64,000 bases of DNA from NCBI GenBank assembly GCA_044892525.1, contig CM097885.1, positions 10,046,001 through 10,110,000 on the forward strand, given 5' to 3'. The notes under the pieces were generated by a model. It made no database searches. It worked only from the letters and a program-made list of their open reading frames with translations, and was not told the DNA's origin. Source of the DNA: Schmidtea polychroa (taxonomy: Eukaryota). A program made the translations under genes and the position numbers. Below are positions 62,671-64,000 of this stretch, piece after piece (the first letter of the stretch is position 1; each line of letters begins with the position of its first letter).

Positions 62671-64000
62671 GGTTAGTAAGGAGTTAGTAAATCTCTATAT
62701 AAAATTATTATGATTAAATGTAGAAGTGAGATCAGTTAGTAGAAATAATTATTTCTGTTAAATATTTATATTTAAATTATATATTAAATTATATTAAATT
62801 AAATCAATTAAATGTATGACAAGTAATTACATTAATATTAATAATTATCACGCCTCGGTGTTTAAATATACTAGTAAACGGCACAATTTTGAAGTTGTTA
62901 TAAAAATAAATGCTTAAAGGAGACTTGAATTTAATTGCGTCTAACAATTCTTATTAAGTTACTCAAACGATTAACTAAATTTTATTTTAATCAAATTCAT
63001 CATGCTAAAACCTTTTGTTTTTTTAAGAAGAAATTTGTTAATGGGAACTTAAAAAATTCATGTGCGCACCTTAGAGGGAACGTTGACAATGATATTATCA
63101 ACGTTTATTCTAATTAACACAAATTTTATTCAATGTCTTTTTCAGTGTTATTTGCAATATATTTAGGTAGGCCATTCGGCACTATACAAATTCATTATTA
63201 AATAATTATATTTTCTTCAATCAGCGAATTATTAAATTGCTACTTCATTTTTCTCTGATAATTTATTCTTTCTGAAAGAGTACCAAAAAAGTTAAACCAT
63301 CTGATAAGGTCTTTCATACAATATTATATCCTCTAACTCTCCGTTCCAAGTTTCACTTGTAAATAAATTAGCAGTTTTTACGAAAATAAATTCCACAATT
63401 AAAAGTTTAGAATAGATTTTCTCAAATTTTAAAACATTCAAAATATAAGAAAGAAATAAGAAAACCAATGCCAAGAAACGAATCAACTTTATTTACAACA
63501 AACATCACTGAGATACATTTCCTATAATATAAGAAAAAAAGCAATAATCCTACATATTAGAAAAATACATACTTAATTTGACTTCACGCTGATGTTCCCA
63601 TCGTAAGAATTTTTGAGTTAAAAATAAGTTAAATATTAGAATTTCTGATATTTGTTTTAGAAATATTTTAGAAAAATATATTTTTGGCGATTGATTTTAT
63701 TATAAAATAAATTTCATAAAATTCCTAAAAGATAATTTATAAAAAATTAATTTATAACACAAATTTACATAAAATTAAACACCTTACCGGAAAGCCATTT
63801 CAAAAATAAAATAAAAGCTAAAATAAATTTCTAGAAAAATTAAATTTATTAAATTGATGAATCACCAATTGTAGACCAATTGATGTCCACACTAACCACC
63901 ACTATACATCTGTTTGCAGTGAACAAACGCATCTATAATATAGATTGGTGTGTACAACCAAATACAGATGAGTCACCATTTCTAATGAAATAGATAATTT

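Overview
A very AT-rich, (AAT)n-rich animal genomic window with no recognisable intact host gene; a planarian-type flatworm is my inference from composition and element style, not proven. Two large virus-like elements dominate it. (1) A 13.4-kb Ty3/Gypsy LTR retroelement (13124-26531, ~99% identical 917/916-bp LTRs) inserted in an AAT tract. Its ORF fragments rejoin into one polyprotein in an unusual order: Gag (4 CCHC), ubiquitin-like x2, Bcl-2-like, chuvirus-type envelope glycoprotein, protease, RT, RNase H, no integrase, then FN3/TM/PDZ-binding tail. A probably spliced 3' ORF resembles a catalytically dead REX4/ISG20-like DEDDh nuclease. (2) A 14.5-kb Polinton/Maverick (34546-49016, 6-bp TSD CGGGTT, ~1.05-kb TIRs) with pPolB (truncated exactly at the TIR edge), adenain protease, major and minor capsid, integrase and packaging ATPase. 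It also carries accessory genes: a TBP homologue, an intron-containing Bcl-2 homologue missed by the ORF track, a putative SSB and a secreted coiled-coil protein. Its TIRs are packed with AP-1, nuclear-receptor, Fox and Sox motifs. The Polinton sits inside a short retroposon, which sits inside a hAT transposon that also holds a pogo element. Smaller relics: an older Polinton PolB fossil, a Penelope remnant with a minimal hammerhead, split 18S rDNA, piggyBac, Tigger, hATm-like and Gypsy fragments. All family calls come from motif recognition by eye; no searches were run.
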